This document shows positions 1-12,027 of a stretch of 64,000 bases of DNA, piece by piece. The position numbers and the translations under genes are program-made. Source of the DNA: Magallana gigas. Taxonomy: Eukaryota. The stretch lies in NCBI RefSeq assembly GCF_963853765.1, contig NC_088861.1:5084001-5148000 (forward strand), in the 5' to 3' direction. How positions within the stretch are numbered: position 1 is the first letter of the stretch; the number at the start of each line of letters is the position of its first letter. A model generated the notes under the pieces. It worked only from the letters and a program-made list of their open reading frames with translations. It was not told where the DNA came from and searched no databases.

Positions 1-67
1 ATTTTTTGGTGCTTTTATATTTTAGAAATGTTTCATTTGGTATGCTATAACTCATGTTTTTATGTAC

Positions 68-2493
68 CTCTGTCAATTGTTCCATTTTGTGTTCGACAAC
101 CAACAGTTGAATTGCACATCTCCCGGTTACAATGTGAACAGTCCTGTTGACAATGTTTCCCATAGTTTGGATACCTGCATTGTCTTGAACAGTTTATTCC
201 ATAGTAGCCATCCGGACAATCTGTCAAAATAATAAAAAGGGCCAATCCCATGGTCGAGCTAAATATAATTATATAATGATAACGTAACAGCACACGGGGT
301 TCGTTTTAAATAAAGGGTAAATACGACTACTGTTTTTAGAAAACCTTTTAATTCTTTTGAAATGTGTAAGTATTACGAAGACAAATAGTGCATGGATACT
401 TTTACTGTGGAATCAGTTTTATTCGGGTGAATGCTTGTCGTGAGACAAAATTTTTTTAGTTCGTGGGGACGTAATTTCGTAGGTAGCAGGTTCAATTTTG
501 CAAACAAGTACTAAATAAATGCTTGCACATACATTCGTTGGGATGTTAATTTGTGTGCAATGGTAACTCACGAATGCCACGAACATTGGTCCCTTATGAA
601 CATTGATAATTCCACAGTATTTGAGTTTTTGACAAAGTATGATCCAGATTTGAGCAGGAGTAGACGACTTAATTATGGTCTAAATAAGGATTCTATTAAA
701 ATTTGCTATGATCATTTCATCCAACCTATCATTTTTTTTCTCAGTATTAATGTGCTTCCTTTGCAAAAGCGCACTCTGTGAGTGAATTGAATACCAGGTA
801 TGGTTAGACAAATGGTTTATGCATAAATATTTGACATTGATTAATGTCACCAAATGTCCTTGAACATCAGTAAAGTTTAGAATTGTAGAAATAATCTATG
901 CAATTACAATAAAATGATATCACCCAGATATATTTCGAGCTTAAGCTTATGGTTTTCTCCTGATTGGTTTGAGTAAGATAGTGGCAACGAAGAAACACAA
1001 GACTTCTGGATATGGTTTTACACAGAGATTTGCTAAAGCCTTTATATGAAACAGGTTTTTTAAATTTTGTATTATATACAAGTAATGTATGGATTTTATT
1101 TGATCCATATTGGACCGGTGAGAAATAAAATCAGAACATTGCAAGTCAAATGACATTTCTTAGACAGCGGACGAATAAAAACATTACAGGGAATCGGAAG
1201 AACAAATCTTTCCAAAACAATACATACATAAATAGTACTGACTAAGATTTACGAATAAATTCACTCATTAAATCCATGCTTTCCTTTTGATTATTGTCAA
1301 TTGACATATTATTTATTTAGAATAAGACAACATGATGATGATAATGAATGAAAAAAGGTATACAATTTTTTTTTTTGGTGCAAACAAATAAAAAATAAAT
1401 GAATGGAAACTTTCGTCAATTTCAAGTTGATACAGTATAGACTATTTTAATAGTTTAATCTGCATCTATTCTAGAATTGTTCAGTATAACGATAGGGAAG
1501 AATGAATTGGCAGTCAGTGTATTTGTAAAATCATAATTGTACCACTCTGAGTTTGTTTACCACTTGTCATACAACCAAAGATCACACTGCAAGCTTCCTG
1601 ACCACACTCTGAACAATCCTGTTGGCAATTTATCCCATAGCTTGGATATCTGCATGATCTCGAACAGTGTCTTCCATAGTAACCAACCGGACAATCTGCC
1701 AAGTCATAGAAAATTAATAACAAATCTATGTCCAAATATTAAACAAACAATATTGAATTTTCATGTACAGATTGTAATAGGGAAAGCAAAATTATTTAAC
1801 GTCACTATACAATTTTGTAATTGCTTCTCTCCATTGTGAAGATTTAAAACGTACCACTAAAATACTGTGAAATCATCATTATTCATGGGGGACCAATGTA
1901 CGAGGCGTTCGTGGGTAACTCATACCCACGAATTTACATCCCCACAAACCTATTTACATTCACCTGTTTTATATTTATTAAATTTATCCCGATTACACTA
2001 CCAAGGAAATAACATCCCCTCGAACCAGGAAAACTTTTGCTACCCACGAACATTGATTCCAACGAATAAAAATGATTCAACAGTAAACAAAAATGAAAAA
2101 AAAAATATTTCCACTGACCAATGCATTTATTGTCCACCTTTTTCCATTGGCATTCCTCGATACAGTTTTCTTCTGATTTCCTTTTTGACATTAAGAGCAA
2201 TTGTTTGGAAAAAATTAAGAACATGCAATTTAAAGAAGTAAACGGTATATGTTAAATTGACAATAAAAGCAATAAATGCATTTAAATCGATTAAAAATGG
2301 AGAGTAAGAAGCATCCGTTTTTAAGCTTAATCTTTGGACATAACATTTATGTGGATTATTAATGAAAATACATAGATTTCTTTTTTTCTACATCATTCTT
2401 TAATATCTAAAAGTTTTACCTTTCGCAGTTTAAAGACGTGCATAATGTGGTGCTGTAGATCACAAAAACTGCGACAGAATTATGGAACATCAT
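68..2493 (-). CDS. EGF-like receptor gene 1 (type B by homology), 3'-partial: signal peptide, Cys/Trp exon and two EGF-like exons; TM exon lies outside the window
   Basis: Exons 2420-2493 (MMFHNSVAVFVIYSTTLCTSLNCE-R), 2119-2180 (KSEENCIEECQWKKVDNKCI), 1543-1695 (DCPVGYYGRHCSRSCRYPSYG...) and 68-220 (DCPDGYYGINCSRQCRYPNYG...). All are bounded by AG/GT, with phases 2, 1, 1, 1 joining in frame. An alternative in-frame ATG lies at 2535. Confidence 0.85.
405..617. mobile_element. MITE with CTGTGGAAT...ATTCCACAG termini and TA target duplication (Tc1/mariner-type non-autonomous)
   Basis: TA|CTGTGGAATCA ... TAATTCCACAG|TA. The orthologous copy is at 46987-47206. Confidence 0.75.
1865..2083. mobile_element. 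MITE of the CTGT/TA family in intron 2 of gene 1
   Basis: TA|CTGTGAAATCAT ... ATGATTCAACAG|TA. A closely similar inverted copy is at 38621-38838. Confidence 0.75.
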
Positions 2494-3986
2494 TTCTCTG
2501 TAGTGAATTTTTGATACTTTCTGATGCTTGAGCATGTGATTTACATTTCCTCGTGTTTAATTATGGCATGTGCAAATTTTAATTTCAAAAGAGTAGTTCC
2601 TACCAGTCAAATACCACCAATCGCTTGACTCAGTTGTTTAATATGAGTGAAATAAAGTTAACTTAGAATAGATTGTATATTGTTACTTGCACTACATTTT
2701 TTGATATTTGAAAATAAAACTAAAGATAATCATATTACAGCTTTTATTACATGGTAATGAATACGATATTATAATTAGATAGTATAGGCAAATACAAAAT
2801 TGAATATAAGCAAGCCTGTTCAAACTGTTATCTGCAACGATGGCATTTGAGTATATTTCTTGTCATAATATGCTATATTCATCCATAGTTTTGTGTTAAT
2901 GAGGATATATGAATGCTTGAAATAACAGTATTTGTAGTATCTATAGGCAAATTAATTTGGTATATGATTATAAGTTTGAAAAGGTGAAAACAATTCGATA
3001 GTAAAATAATAGAAACATTGATATTGCAGTTCTTCGTCATTAAATGGCGTGTACATTGTTCTTGAGGGTCATCAGACAAAAACAATGTATGATGTTTGAT
3101 TGGACATATGCAATTCAGCTGTTTGTAGAAGACAATGTTGGCATAAAAACATTTTACTGGTTACGTTTTGTTTAAAAAAAAAGATCTATGTGTTATTTAT
3201 CTATCCAAACGAAAAGTTACCCTACCTTCCTAACAAAACCCTTCTGGTTAATAGTATAATGATAATGAGGCACGATGTCTTGAATATGTCGAATAGACAT
3301 AAATAAAATTTATTTACTATTGCGCTTGTTTACAGCAAGAACCTTGTAATGTAAAGCATTTATATGAAATGAAAATAATGATTCCGATAATAATTACTTC
3401 AACATCTATATTTCTAGGATTTAAGACAAGTCATGTTAATACATGTACTCAGTTATATAATGAGAAACGTGATACAAATTAATGATATGTCCTCTAAAGA
3501 ACAACTCTATATATTGATGCTCCCCTCTATTTTCCATCAATTGTTTATAGTTTAAATCATCTAATGATACTCCAAGTCAACTATGTCACTTTCCCACTTA
3601 AATTTATAATTTTTCGCGCTGTAACCAGACTACACATACGGACTTTGTGTTTTAACACATTTCCGGTTAACAATGGTATTGGAAACAATGGGTGTTTACG
3701 GTTGGCAATCTAATTAGCCATCCCCTATTAACGGCTGCTTCAATAAAAGACTAAAATTGTATGTGTCATATAATGCAATTTTCTTGGGTCACACAAGAAT
3801 ACTGTTATTGGTTTTTTTACTTAGTTAATGAGTCATGACCAAATTAAGCTTGAATTGTAATACAGAACGTAATTTAAAAGGTTTATGTTTTGAGAGAGAT
3901 GAGCATTACATAACATGTACAAGCATTCTCAAATGTTCTATATTAAATTGAATTTATGATAGTTTATGATGTATGACATTTCATAA

Positions 3987-5100
3987 AGGCCCTTTCACAA
4001 CTGGAGCAAAACCAGAAGCTACAAAATATCCATGCAACCGAAAAATTTAGATTTAGATTAACGATACAGTCAGCAAATACAATCTTCTATTGGGTCGCAC
4101 CTGACTGGCGTTTTTCATACTTATTGTTAGACCATAATTAATCACCTATAATGTAGTTGTCTACTGATTTTTCTGTTTTACCCTATTATAACAAAAAGCA
4201 CACGGCGGTTGTGACCGGTCTGCAGAGATTGCTCACTCCTCCATAACACCTGATCCTTCTCCTATTTTTTAGAGGTCCGTGTTTGCTCTGCTCCTGTTGT
4301 CACTTTAATATCAACCGTTTCAGCGTCCTTGAGTTTGGAAGGAGATATTTTCATCACACAGTGACCAGCATGCCATGTATAGATATTGACGCCATTAAAA
4401 TTTTCGTTTAGACTTTAAATTATTGTACACGTTTCGATATCACTTCTTGTCATGGTCAATTTATGCCAAAAAATAGCATAAGAAGAAGCTTCGTACGAAA
4501 TTCACACGATCTAAAGCGACTATTATGTTATACAAATGATTAAATCTTGCGATAAATCTCAGGTCTACATGCGATTGTTTTATAATGAATGCGACTGTAA
4601 AATGATAATGCGATAGGGTAGCACGAGTGATCAGATGATCAGACGATAGAGTATGCACCGATTGATATGGGCGCTGATATATAAGAGGTATATACATGTA
4701 TAAACACAACAGACGGCAAGAAGCTAGGTACTTGATGCAGCAGCATCCATGGTTAACTGTGCAACATAGATGATTAATCATGGTATATATACTTTGGGAC
4801 AAAAGCATGGCATATTGAAGCTGCATTATAAATCGTGCAATAATAATAAAACGTTGCAATTTACATGACACACGTTAAGCAACAGTCGCATGGTTGCAAA
4901 AAAAACCACACGCATAGACAGTTGCGATTCATCTTACAATCTTTAGAAATCGTGCATCTTTTTTGCAAGTACAAGAAAACGTTGTAAGATGTTCGTATTT
5001 ATGATCGTGCAGTGCATTCTCATAGGTTGGATCGCAGTCTTTGAAGTCTTAATGTCAACTATTTAGAGAAGATTCGATTCGATCACTAAAACGCATGCAA
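3987..5100. mobile_element. Harbinger-like non-autonomous element (longer, interrupted copy)
   Basis: Left end AGGCCCTTTCACAA and internal blocks match the 52463-52962 element and 41330-41705. The right end is approximate. Confidence 0.5.
4200..4290 (+). repeat. Unclassified interspersed repeat block
   Basis: ACGGCGGTTGTGACCGGTCTGCAGAG...ACTCCTCCAT..CACCTGATCC is shared with about 60670-60725. Confidence 0.45.
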
Positions 5101-6091
5101 AAAATGAAAATCAAATTGTCACTCATTTTCTTTATGTGTGGGATCACACAGTACCGATTTTCAAAAATAATTTTGAAACAATACCAACCGTAATATTTTC
5201 TTATAAATGTTAATGCTAATTAATTGAAACACAGCATTTACCATATTGTCTGGACGACAATGGATTACCATTTCAATATATGTCGCTATTTCTTCTATAC
5301 CAAATATTACGCGCTAAAATTTGGTAATTTAAGTTCGATAATACATGTAGTTGTGTTATAAAAATACTAAAAAAAATATTTTAAAAGAATTTAATTGAAC
5401 AGGGAAGGAGTTATGTAACAATAACAATCTGGTTTCTTAAAAACACTTAACTAAAATTTAGTTGAAAGTATACTTGTGGCCTTTTTTTAAACGTTCTTAA
5501 CCGACAAGCTTTTTTTAAGAGCCACCTGTTACAACCAGGAAAATATTTGTTTGGTTTAAGGTATATTTATACTATTAAGTTTCTATCAATAAGTCCCAAA
5601 TGCAATTTCAAGTAGAATTTTGTAACAAAATTCATAAAGAGTTTACAACATTGTTAAATGGATCATTATATCAATTCATTACGACGTAGGACAAGAAGTA
5701 ATTGCCTGCATGAAAACTTATCAAAGGGTATGATGCAGTCATAAAAATGAATTATATATGTGTATCAATAAATAAGGGATCTTTCATACCAATAACACAT
5801 GGAGGAAACGTGATAACTATTATATTAAAGACAATTAATCTTTAAAAAAATTGTCACTTACTCTCTAGTCTTTTTGTAGCCAATAAGTTGTAAGTTATAA
5901 CAAATGAATAGAACATAAAAACATACGTGCATTGGAAGATTAAATTTCTCCTCTGTGCCATATTTGTTTTGACACTTTTATTATATGAAATGATTTTAAA
6001 AATAGCAAATTGTTTTAGTTTTGCAAAAACAAAGTTAATAATAACGAAGTCTCTGCACAAATGAGGACCAATTCCTTTCATTTTCAAAAGA

Positions 6092-8310
6092 TCATCTTTT
6101 CATTTTGTACACATAAGCAATAATAATGGAAGTAGCAAAAAATCCAAATGTTATTAATCCAATGATGATGTATTTCAGTTGAATGGATTTTTCCTTTGAT
6201 GTATTATAATCTTAAAAACAAATATTTCTAAGTTTAATAAATCTGGCATATGAAACGTGCTTAACAATAATATTAGCAATTACCAATATCTTAATTAAGT
6301 ATACCTTGACTAGTTGGAATATCGGATGACATACAACCAAGTTTTGAATCGCACTCGTCTAGGTTACAGTGTGAGCAATCATGTTGACAATATTTTCCAT
6401 AATTAGGATATCTGCATGGACTTGAACAGTTTTCTCCATAAAAACCAGTTTCACAGTCTTTTAAGTGAGAGGAAGGATAAACATTAGCCATGAGCATTCA
6501 TTTTACCAACGATAAAAAAAATACGAATATGAACAAAGCAAAATCAAATATCATTTTATATTGTTATAAGTACGTCCTGTTAATCGGTGAAATGAATACA
6601 CAACGCTACGAAAATGAATTTTGAAAATTTAACTGACCAATACACTTGTTGAATGCTTCGTTCCACTGGCAGTCTTTATAACATTTCTGTTCTGAAAATC
6701 TATTTGAAAAATTAACTTTAACAATGAATTTACGTCACACTTTTAATAAGGTTACTTTATTTATTTCATTAGCAAAACTTATTACGTTTTGTTTCATTAT
6801 GATTTCACAATCTCTGCAAAAACATTTTTATAAATAGATTTCATATATGGTATAAACACGTATTTGCAAAGACATTGCGATTTTCCAGATATACATTTAC
6901 ACATGTATAATAAGTAGGTAAATAGGTTTGTTCTGAGGTTGTCCTTTCGTGTAAAATTAACAAAAAATGTTATAAAACAATGTAAATCGTTTGGTTTTGA
7001 ACTTCATATATATGTTATCGGTCAATGTTTTTTATTCTGAATCTTTCAATATTTCGTTTTTCTCGGGAAAATTTGACTAAACTATTTATGACGACATTCC
7101 TGTTCTTAAGATTTAAGTCCCAATATCTTCGAATTGTTTTTACATTTTTGTATTTATTTGGCTTACGTTAGCTAGAATGATAGTTATGTGATATGTGATA
7201 GGGGAGATCAAGCTCAAATCGACCCAAGATTTAACCAAAAATTAAAAATTAAATTAATTTTGTAAAAACGTAAAAGTTGTTTTCTTTTTAAACGTCGGGG
7301 CTTGATTAATTACATACGTCTCATCTCATAAAGATCTTTTAATGTCGAAAAGAAATTTATGTCAATGGTTTTTTAAGACGGGAGAAATATATTTTGTTAA
7401 AATATAATTATTTGAACACAATAGAGAACCTGGCAGTATAGAGCAACCAGAGAACTTCACCCCACAAACATTTAAATTACAATCTTTTTATAAATATTTT
7501 TGTACAAGCAGCGTACTTATATAAAAAATGTCAATGATATTACAATGGATTCCGGATAGGACCACCTACTTGCCCTATCAACATAGGCGTCGGAACCTGG
7601 GGGGCTAGGGGGGTTGCAAAGTTGGACCTAACCGTTAGGCACATAGCAGCATAGAGGGTTTAGCCCCCCCCCCCCACTTTTTCTCGTCGGAAATGTAATT
7701 GTTCACCTTAAAGGATTGAGACGTTGGAGTAAAAGGCATACTAGCCCCCCCCCCTTTCAATTTGCTTCCGACGCCAGTAATCAGGATTATATGTAACACA
7801 ACTAAAGACGATAACGTGTCATATTCTTTTAAATAAATTTTAATTTTTTAAAATTAGAATATTATTTTAAATGTAATAACATAGAGATTTTAAATCACAT
7901 AATGTGAACAAAAAGGAATGAAAAGTAAAACTCCTTTTAATTTTACAAAATTCATAAACAGTTTACAAGTTTCACATCTAATCGTGTTTGAATTTAGAAT
8001 GTGACCTTTATAAAATCAATGTACTTTCATTTTAATTTGTTGTTTCAGTATATTATGTGATGCATGTACAAATAGTACTTCAATTAAAATACAAGGAAAT
8101 TAGAACAAAATATCAGAATTATCTCTTTGAATCATCATTACTTCAATTGCGGCCATTTCGTTTCAATTAATTTCCATATCTTTACCAAACATATCACAAA
8201 AATATAAATATTTGACACAATGTAAGAAAGCATTACCTTTCGCAATTAAAAGATGCACAGAATATGGTACAGCAAAACAGAGAAATGGCAAGAGAAAGCT
8301 GGTATACCAT
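6092..8310 (-). CDS. EGF-like receptor gene 2 (type A, short tail), 135 aa
   Basis: Exons 8237-8310 (MVYQLSLAISLFCCTIFCASFNCE-R), 6638-6699 (FSEQKCYKDCQWNEAFNKCI), 6305-6457 (DCETGFYGENCSSPCRYPNYG...) and 6092-6210 (DYNTSKEKSIQLKYIIIGLITFGFFATSIIIAYVYKMKR*). The 408 nt join in frame with canonical splice sites. Confidence 0.85.
7583..7776. mobile_element. Small poly-G/poly-C MITE-like insertion
   Basis: Inverted ends GGCGTCGGAA ... TTCCGACGCC; GC-rich island in an AT-rich intron. No TSD found. Confidence 0.5.
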
Positions 8311-11300
8311 GACGCTGTTAAACATTTCTGATATTTCTTGTATTTATAACATTTGATAAACATTTCTTCCCTATAATCATAATGACATTCGTCATTTCCA
8401 CAAATGGTTACATCCAACTGACACCAAATATATGGCGTAAAATATATTATCAAAAGAGGAAGTCAGACATGACTCTCTAGCTGGATCTTTATCTTCAAAA
8501 ATGTTTAATTCTATCAAATATATATACCAACATTATTACTCTCTTATCTTGTAAAAGTACATGAAGTAAGAATATCAATTCTTAATACATATGCATATTG
8601 ATTCAGCAACCATTGGGTTAATCATAAATAACCTGTTCCTTCGTTTAACGTTACTAATGTTGTCTACTTGCTGTGGTCTTGGTCTATACGAGCAATTCAT
8701 AGCATACATGTATTTTATGTTGACTAAAATTGAATAACCAAAGGACTCATCACAGGTCAATCTTCTACTACGCGGCCGAATGAAAAAGATCGTGGTATGT
8801 GACACCATATGCCGGAAGAGGAGTACAACACGTACAGAATGTATGATACAAAATAATGTAATTTTTTTGGTTTCCTGTGGTAAAGAAAAGAAGTCTCATT
8901 AAGAACTGATTATCTAATATTTAATTGCTAGTGCAATAGATCTTCTAGAAATAAACATATCTTATTCTTTTAGCAAATTATTTTTTTCAAAGTCATTTTT
9001 TTACTGAATGTACATCGTAGACATCAATTAATAAACTGATTTAAAACACCACTTCTCCTTTACAATTCTCATTTACGTGTATCTATGTTCTTATCTATGT
9101 TCTTATATTTTGTTCTCTTTATTATCTTAACTATATGCAAAAATCATGTTCCTACTTTCCATATATCAGTAGCAAGTATACAGTATACAGAATCAAATTT
9201 ACTCAAGATACATTGTAACTGTAGAATACATGGCCTAACAATAAAAACAGTTCTTTGTACATAAATTAGCCAATGTTTGTAAATATTTATATATATTCTA
9301 GTACAGAGAACTTTTCATTGACACACACCAAAATTGTAATTATATTTTAACAAAAGTATTGTTGAGTCTATGATATTTGCTTAAATTTTCTGTTATATAT
9401 CTATATCATATATCTATATTGTATTGTCTAAGGTATGTTTATGGCGTACAATGACAAACATAGGAGATCTAAACAAAGGCAATTACAGGACAGCGGTTAA
9501 CTTGCTCATGACTTGGTCTTACTATTCTAATTCCAGAAGAATGAGGACAACATACATACTTTGTGGCTTAGATAATCAAGGCTGTTTCCAATATTTAGGT
9601 TTTAGTTTATCCCAAATGGATGGACAATTTGGAGACAAGGGAGAGGGTATCTAGTAATCTATTAAACAACGTTGTAATTACATCATGATTTATTTGAATA
9701 TCATTAGAAATCAATCAGAAAATATTTTTTAGTATTATATTATTAAAAAAATACTCCAAGGCAACTTACAAGAAAATCTGGTTTATTTAATTTTCATAAT
9801 GTTTACCTTTTTTTTTTTTTACTTTTTTCCTACCTTGTGATATAGAGAATATGCGTTGTTTATCATTTTTGTGGATATTATGAAAATTCAAAACCGTTTA
9901 CAATACTAAATATCTAAGACTTCAAAATTGTTTTACAAGCATCTTTGCTTCGATAAAAATGCATTTGTACAGCAGATCATATAACAAATAAGGAAATTGT
10001 CAATGTTTCCTGTTTCCTGTATTTAATCTGTGCAAAAAGCCTCAACCCTCAAAATAGAATAGTTGTTCTAAATTACGAAGCATTTTGAAACTAAGTGTTG
10101 TTAGATACATTTAGAAACTTTACTATTTTAAAAGGAAAACATGATTTTTATCTATGGCGAAAGTTTTTGACGTTACTAATGTTATATTTCTTTAGTTACG
10201 GGTCCATTTTAACAAGACCTTGGACTTTTGGTAGGACGTAAATGTTTATTTCTTGCATCAAAACAAGGTAAAAAGGGCGCTGGTCTAATGATCTATTCAT
10301 AGAATGCGTAAGTCTTAGCTTAAAAACCAGAAAAAATTTATTGATTTTTAAGAGCCATGGCTGAGTGGCCAACAATGAAATAGACAGGCCTACGTTAAAT
10401 TGCTGTTTCATACAATTACCCACAGTCCAAGCACTTGTTAAAATGATTCTATATATTTTTTTATACTTTATATTTTCATTTTAGTCCAAAGTCCCTCTGA
10501 GGAGTTTCGTGGTCATAAACTGTTGACATACTGTATCCTATGTAACACAAAACGTCATTCTTTAAAATTGAAAAATGTTACGAGGGCAATTTTTAGGTTC
10601 TGTTCACTATAATTTCAACAGTATTTTGATCAAAGACCCTTTGACAAACAGTACCTCAAACTCCAATTGCATGCTCAATAATAATTTTTGGAGGAAACAA
10701 AATAATTTATATCAGCAGGTTTTGCCAAGCAGCGCAATGTGTGACGTAGAAAAAACGTCAGCCGTCGTTGTTAAACCCATCACATCGTTTACGGGAACAT
10801 TCACGTTCTTTTTCCGAAAATATATTAGAAAATAATATTTTTTGAACATGTACTCTGAGTCTACATTCACTATGCATTTCTAGCTTTGTTTTTAAAAAAT
10901 TTCCTAAGAAAAAACGATCTTTCGACTTCCAACTTGCCCTGTATTACTTGTTGTATAACATCTTTCTTCCTGAAATGTATCGCTCAGCATTTTGTCATCC
11001 TTTTTTATCGGTCGGGGTTTCAATTTCATTTGATGTCATTATACTATTATATTATAATTTTATTTACTTTCAAGATAAAGATACTTTCTTAAGATTTTAT
11101 TCAAGGTCTTTTCAAACTTTTAGTATTTATGGGTGCGCTGCCTCAAACGCTGATGTCGTCATTTTAATACGAGTTCACACTTTAACTTGTCACTAAACGC
11201 GATATAAAATCTTCAAACATTTCGTTATAAGCAAAATCCTTTATACATATCCTAATACATGTGATAGAATAATTAACAAATCAAAATCCCTTTTTATTTG

Positions 11301-12027
11301 AATTTTTATTCGAAAAGTATTCGTCATCGCGATTTTCATTTCTATATGCTGATTTTAACTTTTCATTTTAATATGACATTGCGCCGCGTGTCAAAATTAA
11401 GAACAAACATGCTTTCATTTTACTAATTTAATTTCATACAATATTTGATATCAAAGCATATAACGCAAATTACGTGAACCCTTTGTGGCAGAAGTTTCAT
11501 CTTCCTGTGTCTTCGTTAAACTGAATAACGCCACTTGTATACGCTATTTTCGGACACACCTCGCATTTCTCTATGAACAAAAACATCATTCATTTTAAAG
11601 AGCATTAATATTCTTTTTATTTAAATATACTTAATATAATAGTACAAAATAGCAGATATATACCTGGTATAATTACACTGAAGCTCTATTTATAAAACAT
11701 ATACGGAATGAAATCTAATGTAATGCTATATTTAGATATACATTGTAATTCAGTAATATCAGACTGGATAGTTCCATGTACTGAGTAGTTTTAAGACTAT
11801 GAAGAAAATTATTAAAATGTAAGACTCAAATCTGTATTATTGTTCAGCTTTAAGGTATTTAAAAACCACATAAAAATCGAGCTATTTTCGTTTAGGTAGT
11901 ATAATGATAATAGGAAATGTTACATTAGTTTTCATTATCTTAGAAAACCTTACTCTTATTTAAAGCATCAAATTGCTCTTTGAATACTTTATCGATAGTA
12001 TCATCAACGGAATACATTAAATTTTTT

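Noticed and set aside
4461-4871. 136-aa minus-strand ORF
   Set aside because: It lies within a Harbinger-like non-coding repeat, is not preserved in the other copies and has no domain motif.
6092-6094. In-frame TGA of gene 2 as selenocysteine
   Set aside because: No SECIS-like element was recognised, the position is in a cytoplasmic basic stretch, and gene 6 uses TAA at a comparable site.
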